Assembly (NCBI RefSeq): GCF_964355755.1
Contig: NC_092674.1
Coordinates: forward strand, 30,876,001 to 30,940,000
Direction: 5' to 3'
Length of the DNA: 64,000 nt
From: Antedon mediterranea
Taxonomy: Eukaryota; Animalia; Echinodermata
The position numbers were made by a program, and so were the translations under genes. Shown here in pieces: positions 50,001 through 62,152 of the stretch. Position 1 is the stretch's first letter. Every line of letters begins with the position of its first letter. The notes below the pieces were generated by a model. That model saw only the letters and a list, made by a program, of their open reading frames with translations, was not told the DNA's origin and did no database searches.

Positions 50001-53000
50001 AAAATCATTACCAGAACATGATGATGAATAACACAACTGAAATTAAAACCTATTGCGAATGTTTCTATTGTAACAGCATGTCAGTTTGTTTATATAACAT
50101 CAATCATTGAAACTTCACTTTAATACACATTGCTAAACAGTAGCCAATCTGGATCCTAATTGAACGTTTTGGTTGCCAAGTTTCTTATATTTTTTTTTTA
50201 ACAGCATATAGAAATTGATGCCAAACACATTTAATTGTACTTTCACTTCATATAATTTTGATTGATTCATTATGATTAGGCCCACTTTATCTTCTTCATT
50301 TTTTATCAATTTTAACAAATCCACTCTGATTTGGCCTATTGCCATTGTAAGTCAATATTCTAATTTACAAGTTTAAATATTTATATTATTCAATTCACAA
50401 ATAACAGAGATATTCCCCTTTTAGCTGGCTGACAGAAAACAGAACAATTGATAATACAAACATTTCCACAGCAAACAACTTTAACGATTTTAGATCATAT
50501 AAATATAGATAACTATCATAATATCATTAATATTTAGATTATTGAAATTTGGAATAAACCCTTTTATGGAACTTCAACTCATCCAAAATGATTATTATTA
50601 TTAGTTTCTTTCACTTTTATCTCCCAAATCATTATCATCATTCCTACCATCCTTATAATCAATATTCTGAATCATAATCATCAATAAAGTGTTTTAACCA
50701 TCATTACGACATCTTCTTTTCTTTAAAAAACAAAACACCATTAAATTCAATCCCCTATGACTTATTTCTTTCAACACAATTTAAGACAACCATTTTCTGT
50801 TTACTACAGCTGTGTCTTCAACTCAATCAGTATCACACATATTGTCACTTCTCTGTTTTTACAATAACTCTATCTAGGACCATTGTGAAACTTTGATAAT
50901 GCCAACCAATAACGTAATCAAATGTTATTTTTATTTTGCTTACGTCAACGCTTATTAAAATTATGATCTTAAACTGAGATACTAACGTTGCTTTTACTTT
51001 ATTAAGAGATAAAAAAGATAGCTTATTCTTTTGAATGTCACAGTAAATTATACTTGGACTCAAATTAAATGGTTAATAAATTATGAATCCATTATACTTT
51101 GTGAAAAATACACTCTTAATTTCTTTCTTCTCACAAAGGCTTCTTGAAAAATCAATGAACTAGCTTTTATGAATTTTAAATGAAAGAAATAAACCACAAA
51201 ACTCATAAAAATGAAGATTTACTACACAATGCTATAACAGGTTATTTTATACTAACAAAAACATTTCTCACATTTGCATTTTTTTCTCAGTGTAATGTAG
51301 GAATTTTATAATACCGTAATGGTATAATGGAGTTTATATTCCATCTGTTGATTATTTATAGTTTATAAATGTTAATTATTTATAAATATTCATAAATATA
51401 TGTGTATACATTATATTAATACAGAGTAATATATTTGATTGCTTTTTACCCAATCCCAATATGTGCAAGGCTGGAATGGATTTCCTTGCCCTGTGGATAG
51501 TTTTGATTTCCTTGTATTTTACCATTATTATTATTACATTATTATTACATTATTTACCCTCTAATTAGTCCCTCAACCATAATATTTACACTTGTAGAAT
51601 TCAACCTTATTGTTTCATTTTTTTATGTTGAGATATCCATACAAAATTAACTTGTCACAGACCAATGGGATTAGTATAATTTGTAGCCTAATCCCTAGTA
51701 ATCACCTTAATATCCTGAACCAGATTGTAGAGGATTAATGTATAGATCTTGTCTCATCCTGAATTTCCCTCCCATAAGTGTTCGTAGTAAATGTCAATTG
51801 TGTAGTTGTTGGCGATGTACATACAGCAAGCGGTATGGCGCACTCAGTGGATTCACAGGAAATTGAATCAGGCAACTAATTTAAGTTGACTCATACAAAT
51901 AAAGCAGCCCTTTAATTTCTTAGTCAGTTATATCATCTTCATCGGGACAATACACCTTTTGTTTTTCCAAATACTTGACGAGAAAAACAACATGCCAAGG
52001 ATATACTCCCAGTCTCCGGTCATCCCACACAAAAAGCCTTTTAGGATTGATAATCCATTTTCGCCGCAGTATGCTTGCCCAGTTATTCACAAAGCTAACG
52101 TGTACAGTACAATTCGCCAGGCACCTCAGGTGCCGTTGAAGCCGACACCTTACTATCACAAACTAAGACGGAATATTATTGTGAAACCGTACAACTCCAT
52201 CACCGATGTTTGGGTGCTGAGGCAACAGTCGCCACCAGAGCCTCCGAATAATTTACCTGACCAGAATAGGAATCATTTGTCAGAACTTAAGGATAGTTTA
52301 TCAAGATCTAGCAATGTATCGCACCTAAAAAACAATTTTGTGTGTCCTAGTAAACACACTGTAGGACCAAAGACTGTGTGTGACAATAATAATTATTGCA
52401 CTCCTATGATCAAGCCTTTTGGGCTGGTTGCTAACCCTCCTAAGCGTGTACCACCACCAGTTAAACCTAAGTCTTCTACTTTTCAGAAAAGTATGTCTGC
52501 AGCCATGTCCAGTCACTGGGCGGAGAAAAGGACTAAATATACTGGTAGAGTTTCTAAAAGTACTGGAGGTAAGTACATTTTTTTAAATAGTTTAAAAATA
52601 TATTTTCCAAAAAACAAAGAATGTATCTAATCTATGACCTTTGACATTCTTATACTGTATCTCTAAATCTATATTATTTTTAGAAAAAAAGGACAATTAT
52701 AATATTTTAATCTCTGTGTCCTTGTTTGTTAGACAACAGCCTTCTAAAGGATTCAAAATTTTATTAAAAAGGCATTTTAATTATTAATATTGCGTAAAAC
52801 CATTTAAACAATTTTTGGCTGGATGTAAATTATTTTTTAAATTAAACTTCTTTTGTGTGGTTTATATTTGATTCACAATTCAAAAGATAATTTTGTAATA
52901 TTAACGCTAATAAACACCAAACAAAAACTACCTTTATAGATTTTAAACAAAATGAAGATTTACTACACAATGCTATAAAAGGTTATTTTATACAAACAGT

Positions 53001-55239
53001 CATCTTTCTTTGCAATACAATTTGTTTGTATTATTAACCCTAAAAAACACTATTCAATCTCTTTTATGTTATATTGAATAGCATCTGATCTATACACTGA
53101 GATAGCAATCCTTTACACTATTCAATCTCTTTTATGTTATATTGAATAGCATCTGATACACTGAGATAAAAATCCTTTACATTATTCATAATCGTGTAAT
53201 AATTAGGTGTTTTACCAAACCTAATAATGCGCTTTATATAGAAAATGTAAAAGAAATTATGAACAGGAAGAAATTGATTATTATACTGTACATGGGGAGG
53301 TACTGTAGGCTGTTGTTTTTTATCCATGACTCATTGTTTCCATGAGACCCATTGCCTACACAAATAGAATATTCTCATTTACAGTATTTCTAAAACCAGT
53401 ACCAGTTACTGCAGTAACAACATTATATAGCATTATTAAAACCAGTACCAGTTACTGCAGTAACAACATTATATAGCATTATTAATACCAGTACCAGTTA
53501 CTGCAGTAACAACATTATATAGCATTATTGATCTTCATTGCATTATTTATTCAAAAACCTTTCAAAGAATTTCACATGTTCCAGGTCTGTCTTACAAGGC
53601 AAATGCATGAAATACCCATTTTTTAAACTAAGAAACAGACTGTGCAAAAAAAAACAACATATTTCAATTTTTACATTTAAAATTAATTGGAGAGAATTCA
53701 TCTCATATTATCAAATATGAATTAAAATGAATACAAATAATTTCATAAAAACATAATATATAATATTTTTATGTGCTGTTTTCAGATGCAGCAGCATATC
53801 TAGATTTGGATGTAGTGAAGACGTCCACTAATGGTCCTTTGAGTCATTCAGCTGCCAAACATAAAATGTCTATCAAGCCTAAAACCAGAAGAGCTACAAC
53901 TAGGGGTAGACTATCATCTTCACAAGTAAGTACTAGGGGTAGACTATCATCTTCACAAGTAAGTACTAGGGGTAGACTATCATCTTCACAAGTAAGTACT
54001 AGGGGTAGACTATCATCTTCACAAGTAAGTACTAGGGGTAGACTATCATCTTCACAAGTAAGTACTAGGGGTAGACTATCATCTTCACAAGTAAGTACTA
54101 GGGGTAGACTATCATCTTCACAAGTAAGTACTAGGGGTAGACTATCATCTTCACAAGTAAGTACTAGGGGTAGACTATCATCTTCACAAGTAAGTACTAG
54201 GGGTAGACTATCATCTTCACAAGTAAGTACTAGGGGTAGACTATCATCTTCACAAGTAAGTACTAGGGGTAGACTATCATCTTCACAAGTAAGTACTAGG
54301 GGTAGACTATCATCTTCACAAGTAAGTACTAGGGGTAGACTATCATCTTCACAAGTAAGTACTAGGGGTAGACTATCATCTTCACAAGTAAGTACTAGGG
54401 GTAGACTATCATCTTCACAAGTAAGTACTAGGGGTAGACTATCATCTTCACAAGTAAGTACTAGGGGTAGACTATCATCTTCACAAGTAAGTACTAGGGG
54501 TAGCGGGCCATCTTCACAAGTAAGTACTAGGGGTAGCGGGCTATCTTCACAAGTAAGTACTAGGGGTAGCGGGCTATCTTCACAAGTAAGTACTAGGGGT
54601 AGCGGGCTATCTTCACAAGTAAGTACTAGGGGTAGCGGGCTATCTTCACAAGTAAGTACTAGGGGTAGCGGGCTATCTTCACAAGTAAGTACTAGGGGTA
54701 GCGGGCTATCTTCACAAGTAAGTGTATTAAATGCAAGGGTACACTATCTTCTTCACAAGTAAGTGCAAGGGGAGATTATTAATGGAGAAGCATCAGTGAG
54801 CTCTTGCAACAGCAAATTAATGTACATATTTGACTATAGTCGCAAAGTACTGTTTAAAACTAGATCAGAAAAGTAGATAAATACCATTTTACAAGCTCTG
54901 CTTCCCATATTTTGTAATTTACATCAGGATAAAGCATCAATGAAAACATCCCTGGTGCAAAGCTATTATGTGGTAGTTATTTATTCACCTGTACACAATC
55001 CTCTAACTTATAAAATATACCATCCATTTTATCTATATATGTTTTCTTTTTTTATAACCAGAAGAAGAGTGAACAATCATCTGAAGATCCCTCATTCAAT
55101 GATAGCTCAATTTCCAGTAACATAGGGGACACAAGTGTACTTTTAGATAGCAAAGATGAACTTAGCACATCTAGCTTGCTAGAAAATCAACAAGAAACTT
55201 CAGAAACTCTTCCACTTAATAAGGAGACATTCTCAACAA
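38043..55239 (+). CDS. CRACD: CRACD/KIAA1211-like (DUF4592) protein, 5' portion. Exons 38043-38091 (candidate first coding exon), 44055-44345, 47265-47427, 47781-48075, possibly 48904-48948, 53786-53925 (or a later array donor), 55062-55239; continues downstream
   Basis: KKKRFRPFKSIRKLFKKKR..RSKSTGEL, SRSESSVYVPD and LSHSAAKHKMSIKPKTRR resemble the conserved DUF4592 blocks of KIAA1211/KIAA1211L/KIAA1210. Most junctions are phase-consistent. The link from 48075 (phase 0) to 53786 (phase 1) is unresolved. Confidence 0.72.
38607..40245 (+). mobile_element. Non-autonomous PIF/Harbinger-like element with a degenerate Myb/SANT (trihelix)-like ORF
   Basis: TIRs GGGCCTGTTTCTGCTGCATAA and TTATGCAGCAGAAACAGACCC, with repeated sub-terminal AACCGGTTA. 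Frameshifted coding remnant WMNEITRYVIQLWRERK..KSIFAKVKEEFG..KLSNLRR*Y../..KDNSRSRGKGR..FVDEF. Confidence 0.7.
39141..39767. mobile_element. Fold-back element with about 200-bp inverted arms, nested in the Harbinger-like element
   Basis: GGTCCTA..AATACCTACCAAACGA..TAGCAAAAATCATCCGAATTT is mirrored by AAATTCGGATGATTTTTGCTA..TCGTTTGGTAGGTATT..TAGGACC. Confidence 0.8.
40943..41057. mobile_element. Harbinger-type MITE (family A), right end truncated
   Basis: GCTTTGTCTACACTATCA..TGTGCCCATATATGGACATGATGATGTCATATCACTACCATATTTG..AAACTAGTTTG. Confidence 0.75.
43456..43772 (+). mobile_element. About 315-bp non-autonomous element ending in a long hairpin
   Basis: 3' palindrome ACAAATAATGAATG..GAAAGGTTATATCAAC-TCGGCTTTGCCTC-GTTGATATAACCTTTC..CATTCATTATTTGT. 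A near-identical inverted copy is at 46756-47057. Confidence 0.85.
46157..46495 (-). mobile_element. tRNA-derived Deu-like SINE, second copy
   Basis: Reverse complement of 27221-27520 with few differences. (CAAT)n tail. Target-site duplication ATAGCT at 46151-46156 and 46496-46501. Confidence 0.88.
46756..47057 (-). mobile_element. Inverted copy of the hairpin-ended element at 43456
   Basis: Reverse complement of 43456-43772, apart from a short internal indel. Confidence 0.85.
48130..48290. mobile_element. Harbinger-type MITE (family A), full length
   Basis: Complete TIR pair with TAA/TTA flanks. Confidence 0.9.
49145..49298. mobile_element. Harbinger-type MITE (family A)
   Basis: AGCTCTCTACACTATCAAAA ... 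AGTTTGATGGTGTAGATAGAGCT. Confidence 0.82.
51992..52568 (+). CDS. Pro-rich coding exon, probably an alternative first (or cassette) exon of the CRACD-like gene
   Basis: About 190 open codons of higher GC content (MPRIYSQSPV..PPKRVPPPVKPKSS..), ending at a consensus G|GTAAGT donor in phase 1, which matches the acceptor at 53786. Confidence 0.6.
53390..53530. repeat. Short tandem repeat of about 47 bp, 3 copies
   Basis: ACCAGTACCAGTTACTGCAGTAACAACATTATATAGCATTATT is repeated. Confidence 0.85.
53899..54723 (+). repeat. 33-bp tandem array of 25 units spanning an exon/intron boundary; each unit carries CAA|GTAAGT
   Basis: Unit ACTAGGGGTAGACTATCATCTTCACAAGTAAGT, 18 copies, then variant ACTAGGGGTAGCGGGCYATCTTCACAAGTAAGT, 7 copies. 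Donor GTs fall at 53926+33k (k=0..24). The frame is open and reads VSTRGRLSSSQ. Confidence 0.95.
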
Positions 55240-55279
55240 GTAAGTTTAAAAACTCTTCACCACCCAACCCAGGCTATAT

Positions 55280-58200
55280 GTTATGTTGCACCAATACACT
55301 ACTTTGTATAGTGAATCTGTTTATATGGGGTGGCTGCCTATTATGTTGCACCAATACACTACTTTGTGTAGTGAATCTGTTTATATGGGATGGCTGCCTA
55401 TTATGTTGCATCAATACACTACTTTGTATAGTGAATCTGTTTATATGGGGTGGCTGCCTATTATGTTGCACCAATACACTACTTTGTATAGTGAATCTGT
55501 TTATATGGGGTGGCTGCCTATTATGTTGCACCAATACACTACTTTGTATAGTGAATCTGTTTATATGGGATGGCTGCCTATTATGTTGCACCAATACACT
55601 ACTTTGTGTAGTGAATCTGTTTATATGGGATGGCTGCCTATTATGTTGCACCAATACACTACTTTGTATAGTGAATCTGTTTATATGGGGTGGCTGCCTA
55701 TTATGTTGCACCAATACACTACTTTGTATAGTGAATCTGTTTATATGGGGTGGCTGCCTATTATGTTGCACCAATACACTACTTTGTATAGTGAATCTGT
55801 TTATATGGGGTGGCTGCCTATTATGTTGCACCAATACACTACTTTGTATAGTGAATCTGTTTATATGGGGTGGCTGCCTATTATGTTGCACCAATACACT
55901 ACTTTGTATAGTGAATCTGTTTATATGGGGTGGCTGCCTATTATGTTGCATCAATACACTACTTTGTGTAGTGAATCTGTTTATATGGGGTGGTTGCCTA
56001 TTATGTTGCACCAATACACTACTTTGTATAGTGAATCTGTTTATATGGGGTGGCTGCCTATTATGTTGCACCAATACACTACTTTGTATAGTGAATCTGT
56101 TTATATGGGGTGGCTGCCTATTATGTTGCACCAATACACTACTTTGTATAGTGAATCTGTTTATATGGGGTGGCTGCCTATTATGTTGCACCAATACACT
56201 ACTTTGTATAGTGAATCTGTTTATATGGGGTGGCTGCCTATTATGTTGCACCAATACACTACTTTGTGTAGTGAATCTGTTTATATGGGGTGGCTGCCTA
56301 TTATGTTGCACCAATACACTACTTTGTATAGTGAATCTGTTTATATGGGGTGGCTGCCTATTATGTTGCACCAATACACTACTTTGTATAGTGAATCTGT
56401 TTATATGGGGTGGCTGCCTATTATGTTGCACCAATACACTACTTTGTATAGTGAATCTGTTTATATGGGGTGGCTGCCTATTATGTTGCACCAATACACT
56501 ACTTTGTATAGTGAATCTGTTTATATGGGGTGGCTGCCTATTATGTTGCACCAATACACTACTTTGTATAGTGAATCTGTTTATATGGGGTGGCTGCCTA
56601 TTATGTTGCACCAATACACTACTTTGTATAGTGAATCTGTTTATATGGGATGGCTGCCTATTATGTTGCACCAATACACTACTTTGTATAGTGAATCTGT
56701 TTATATGGGATGGCTGCCTATTATGTTGCACCAATACACTACTTTGTATAGTGAATCTGTTTATATGGGGTGGCTGCCTATTATGTTGCACCAATACACT
56801 ACTTTGTATAGTGAATCTGTTTATATGGGGTGGCTGCCTATTATGTTGCACCAATACACTACTTTGTATAGTGAATCTGTTTATATGGGATGGCTGCCTA
56901 TTATGTTGCACCAATACACTACTTTGTATAGTGAATCTGTTTATATGGGATGGCTGCCTATTATGTTGCACCAATACACTACTTTGTATAGTGAATCTGT
57001 TTATATGGGATGGCTGCCTATTATGTTGCACCAATACACTACTTTGTATAGTGAATCTGTTTATATGGGGTGGCTGCCTATTATGTTGCACCAATACACT
57101 ACTTTGTATAGTGAATCTGTTTATATGGGGTGGCTGCCTATTATGTTGCACCAATACACTACCTTGTATAGTGAATCTGTTTATATGGGATGGCTGCCTA
57201 TTATGTTGCACCAATACACTACCTTGTATAGTGAATCTGTTTATATGGGGTGGCTGCCTATTATGTTGCACCAATACACTACCTTGTATAGTGAATCTGT
57301 TTATATGGGGTGGCTGCCTATTATGTTGCACCAATACACTACCTTGTATAGTGAATCTGTTTATATGGGGTGGCTGCCTATTATGTTGCACCAATACACT
57401 ACCTTGTATAGTGAATCTGTTTATATGGGGTGGCTGCCTATTATGTTGCATCAATACACTACCTTGTATAGTGAATCTGTTTATATGGGATGGCTGCCTA
57501 TTATGTTGCACCAATACACTACCTTGTATAGTGAATCTGTTTATATGGGGTGGCTGCCTATTATGTTGCACCAATACACTACTTTGTATAGTGAATCTGT
57601 TTATATGGGGTGGCTGCCTATTATGTTGCACCAATACACTACCTTGTATAGTGAATCTGTTTATATGGGATGGCTGCCTATTATGTTGCACCAATACACT
57701 ACTTTGTATAGTGAATCTGTTTATATGGGGTGGCTGCCTATTATGTTGCACCAATACACTACCTTGTATAGTGAATCTGTTTATATGGGGTGGCTGCCTA
57801 TTATGTTGCACCAATACACTACTTTGTGTAGTGAATCTGTTTATATGGGGTGGCTGCCTATTATGTTGCACCAATACACTACCTTGTATAGTGAATCTGT
57901 TTATATGGGATGGCTGCCTATTATGTTGCACCAATACACTACCTTGTATAGTGAATCTGTTTATATGGGATGGCTGCCTATTATGTTGCACCAATACACT
58001 ACTTTGTGTAGTGAATCTGTTTATATGGGGTGGCTGCCTATTATGTTGCACCAATACACTACTTTGTGTAGTGAATCTGTTTATATGGGGTGGCTGCCTA
58101 TTATGTTGCACCAATACACTACTTTGTATAGTGAATCTGTTTATATGGGGTGGCTGCCTATTATGTTGCACCAATACACTACTTTGTATAGTGAATCTGT

Positions 58201-58287
58201 TTATATGGGGTGGCTGCCTATTATGTTGCACCAATACACTACTTTGTATAGTGAATCTGTTTATATGGGGTGGCTGCCTATTATGTT
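55280..58287. repeat. 60-bp intronic minisatellite, about 50 copies
   Basis: TTATGTTGCACCAATACACTACTTTGTATAGTGAATCTGTTTATATGGGGTGGCTGCCTA, with a few recurring variant sites. Confidence 0.98.
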
Positions 58288-59150
58288 CTGTTTGGGTTCT
58301 TGCCTATTGCTCCTCACAATTATTACTATTATTTTTATTATAAATTGTAGCATTCTTGTAGGTGGTGCAATATGGGTTTCTGCACTATAATACATACAAA
58401 CTTCTTTCTTTGTTTTTTGTTATATATCATTGTGCTATATATTAACAGGGAATAATTTTGTCTGTGTAGAATAGCAAAAAGCTATAAAAACAACATTATT
58501 GCTACACAAGATTAAATCTGAATATACTTTGCAAACTATTTTTTTTTGAAAAAAAAACAAACATTATCTAGAACATTTTATTATTTTTCGAAATAAAATT
58601 GTATATGACAGAGTGAGGTCTCATGGGGTCAGGGTATTCAATTTTGTCTAAATTTGTTTCATAAAGTAATTCATTAATTAAATCTGCATTTATTTTGCAA
58701 ACTTCTATTTTTGTTGAACAAAATTATTATCTAATAATTTATATATAGAATGCAATGTTGACTCATATATTGTGAGAAGGTTCAAGGTTGATCTATAGCT
58801 GACAGTGGGAAGAACTAAATCGGAAAGAATTGCTATATCTGTCTTAATAACTAATTGAAACTACGCCAACAGATGGTTTTGCATTTAACCATCTCAAGTA
58901 CATTATTGAAAGTCTGTCAATAGACTCCATGATGTCAGTATCCACGCTTTGAAAAATGTCCCACCACTGCACAAAATGTTGTATTGTATGTATGAACATT
59001 ATTCAACGTTAAAGTCCCACAGCCTCCAACTCAAAATTGAGTGTCGGATCCAGGATTTTTAAATAAATGCTCAAATTTTTACCAAATGTCCTCTATTTTG
59101 CATTGTTATTGTTAAAATTTAGAGGGTGACTCAGCAGTGGATCTGCTTAT

Positions 59151-59430
59151 ACATTATGATACATTACTGGTGGGACCAGGGAAGGTGGTGCAAGGTACCC
59201 AAGCCTACATTATGATACATTACTGGTGGGACCAGGGAAGGTGGTGCAAGGTACCCAAGCCTACATTATGATACATTACTGGTGGGACCAGGGAAGGTGG
59301 TGCAAGGTACCCAAGCCTACATTATGATACATTACTGGTGGGACCAGGGAAGGTGGTGCAAGGTACCCAAGCCTACATTATGATACATTACTGGTGGGAC
59401 CAGGGAAGGTGGTGTAAGGTACCCAAGCCT
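59151..59430. repeat. 56-bp tandem repeat, 5 copies
   Basis: ACATTATGATACATTACTGGTGGGACCAGGGAAGGTGGTGCAAGGTACCCAAGCCT. Confidence 0.95.
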
Positions 59431-59896
59431 TATTGCACAACTCAAATAAAATATAAAGTTTTCTTACGATGCATTATTAGCAGCATGTTACAAAGCACCA
59501 CAGCCTTATTGCAAAACTCAAAATAATAAGCATCATTAACACTCGTTACTAGTGGTGCGAGGTACCGCAGCCCTTGTGCTCAAATAGAATAATAGGCATC
59601 ATTACGCGGCATTACTGGAGGTACACATACAGCAGTACAGCCTAGCAGGCAAACCAATTAAAGTTTTAAGAATCGTGATGCGTTCTCTAGGTCAGAATAG
59701 ATAAATAGATAATTGGTTGCCATTACTTTGGTCAATGCCGTAATCTACCTATTTCCCATCATCAAGATCAATTTGAACTTTAATGAAATTGATTTGCCAT
59801 CATTACGTAAGTTACGCAAGTCAGATGAAACGTTGAAACAAGGCCAACATATTCATTATCATCAAAACTATTATTTAATATTAATTCCAAGTTATT

Positions 59897-61773
59897 TTAT
59901 TTTTTTTTTTATTTTATTTCATCATCACCCTACAGTGACCAAACGTCACCATTAACAGGGCTGAAAGTCGTAAAATATAACATATAATATACAAGCAAAA
60001 ATCAACAGATAACAAGACAACATTTAAATATTACTGACATTAGACAAAACCTTGTGACGGAAACAAGCAAGGGAATCAAAAAAAATATCAACAGATCCAT
60101 CAATTTTACATAGTGAGTGGTATAACTTAGGCAAACGATTAACAAAACCATTTTTAGTAATATTTACCCTCCCTCTTGATATAGAAAATAAAGCAGGATA
60201 ACGCAATTGATATTGTGGAACAGAAATAGGAAAGTACACTTCAAAATTACCATGAAAAATTGAGTTCACAGCCTTAAAAAGAAAAATTAAATCAAATAAC
60301 TTACGCCTACCCGCTAAATTAATAAGAACGTCTATGCTAATAGAACCAAATTTACGCACATAAAATCGACAAAACTTGTTCTGTACACTTTGTAATCTAG
60401 AAGACTGGGCAAGAGAAATAGAGTTAAAAATAACACTGCAGAATTCAAGATTCGACCTAACTAAAGATTTGTATAAAATAACTAATGCCTTTTTATCGTT
60501 GATATGTCTGCAATGTCTCCAAAGAAAACCCAAAAGTCTATTGCATTTAGAGACTATAAAATCAATATGTTTACAGAAGGTTAATGAACTATCTAAAAAA
60601 ACACCAAGGTCTTTGTGAACAGAGACTCTTTCAAGTATAATATTCTTAATATAAAAGTCAAAATAGATGGGTTTTTTCTTAAGAGTAAAAGACATTGATT
60701 TGCATTTAGAGGCATTGACTGACATATTCCAAGTGTCGCACCAGTGAATGAGTCTGTCAACGTCTTCTTGTAACAACAACATATCATTTAAAGTTTGTAT
60801 AGACTTAAATAATTTGATATCGTCAGCAAACATAAGAACATTAGAATGACGAGGAACAAAGGAAAAATCGTTAATAAACATAATGAAAAAAAGAGGCCCC
60901 AAAATAGACCCCTGAGGCACGCCAGATAAAACTGGAAGCCATTCAGACGCGTTACCATCAAAAGTGACTCTCTGAAACCTGTCCGATAAATAACTTGTAA
61001 AAAATAAAATTAAATCGTGATTTAGACCAAATTGTTGAAGTTTAAACAAGAGCAACTTATGGGAGACCCTGTCAAAGGCTTTAGCCATGTCTGTATATAC
61101 AACTTCGCATTGCCCTTTTGCATTTATTGCGTCATACGCATGTGACAACAGAACAGACAAATTTGTTTCACAAGACCTTCCTGGGTAAAATCCGTGTTGA
61201 TGGTCACTAATAACTGGTGATATATGTTTAAAAATTTGGTCGTGAACAATTTTTTCAAAAACTTTAGAAATAGTTGGCAACAATGAAACCGGTCTATAAT
61301 TGCGTACATCAGATTTAGAACCAGCTTTAAAGATAGGGCACACGTTAGCTTGCTTCCATTTTATCGGAAAACGTTTCTCAGAAATGCATCTTTCAAATAA
61401 AATTTTACAAGGGAAAGAAAGAGGTTTGGCAGCTAAAGACAAAACAATATTACTTAGACCATCATTACCTGAAGCCTTATGAGAATCAATTTCATTAATG
61501 TGCTTTTCTATAACCTCCTGATTAAACTCAAGTTTAGATAAGCAATCGATGGGATATTCAGGAAGATTAGGAACATCCAAATCGTTGTTAACAGGACTAA
61601 AAACAGAATAAAAAAATTGGTTAAGTAAGTTTGCTTTGTCTTTTACAGTGTAAGCTGACTGATTATTAAAATGTAGTTCCGAAGGAATGTTATTATTATT
61701 TTTTCTTGAGGATTTTATCCAAGACCAAAAACGTTTCGGATTACAACTTAAATTACAACTTTATTATAATGTT
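59897..61773 (-). mobile_element. 5'-truncated non-LTR retrotransposon (CR1/L2/Jockey group) with an uninterrupted RT-domain ORF (about 61763-60024)
   Basis: Motifs NPKRFWSWIK, KASGNDG, NYRPVSLLPTISKVFE, QHGF, DMAKAFDRVSH, GVPQGSILGPLFF, MFADDIK and KDLGV. Short 3' UTR, A-rich tail and a candidate AGTTATT target-site duplication (59890-59896, 61774-61780). No endonuclease domain is present. Confidence 0.93.
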
Positions 61774-62009
61774 AGTTATTGGACAATGAATGGTTTAAAA
61801 ACGATAACACAAGTTGATTATATCAGATTGGTTTTTGTTTTTAAAATGACCCTATGGCCAGCATCCGGAACCATAAAAGGCAAATGTAGTTAATACCACT
61901 GATTCAATTATATAGGCTCATGACACATTTCCCTACATCCTTTATCATTATAATTAAACATTAGAACACAACTTGTGGAAAACGTTTATTAGATTTCAAT
62001 TTAACATAA

Positions 62010-62152
62010 AGCTCTGGATACTCTATCAAACTAATTTGAAAAGTGTGATGTGCTCAAATATGGTAGTGATATGCTCAAATATGGTAGTGATATGACATCA
62101 TCATGTCCATATATGGGCACAACACATAAAGTTTGATAGTGTAGACAGAGCT
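62010..62152. mobile_element. Harbinger-type MITE (family A)
   Basis: AGCTCTGGATACTCTATCAAACT ... AGTTTGATAGTGTAGACAGAGCT. Confidence 0.82.

Noticed and set aside
50100-51060. Possible L1-like endonuclease remnant on the minus strand (LDRVIV)
   Set aside because: Too degenerate to support by eye; it would need a translated Repbase search.
55176-58390. Three ORFs of about 1000 aa on both strands
   Set aside because: These arise because a stop-free 60-bp unit is divisible by 3. The real exon ends at the donor at 55239/55240 and the peptides are implausible.
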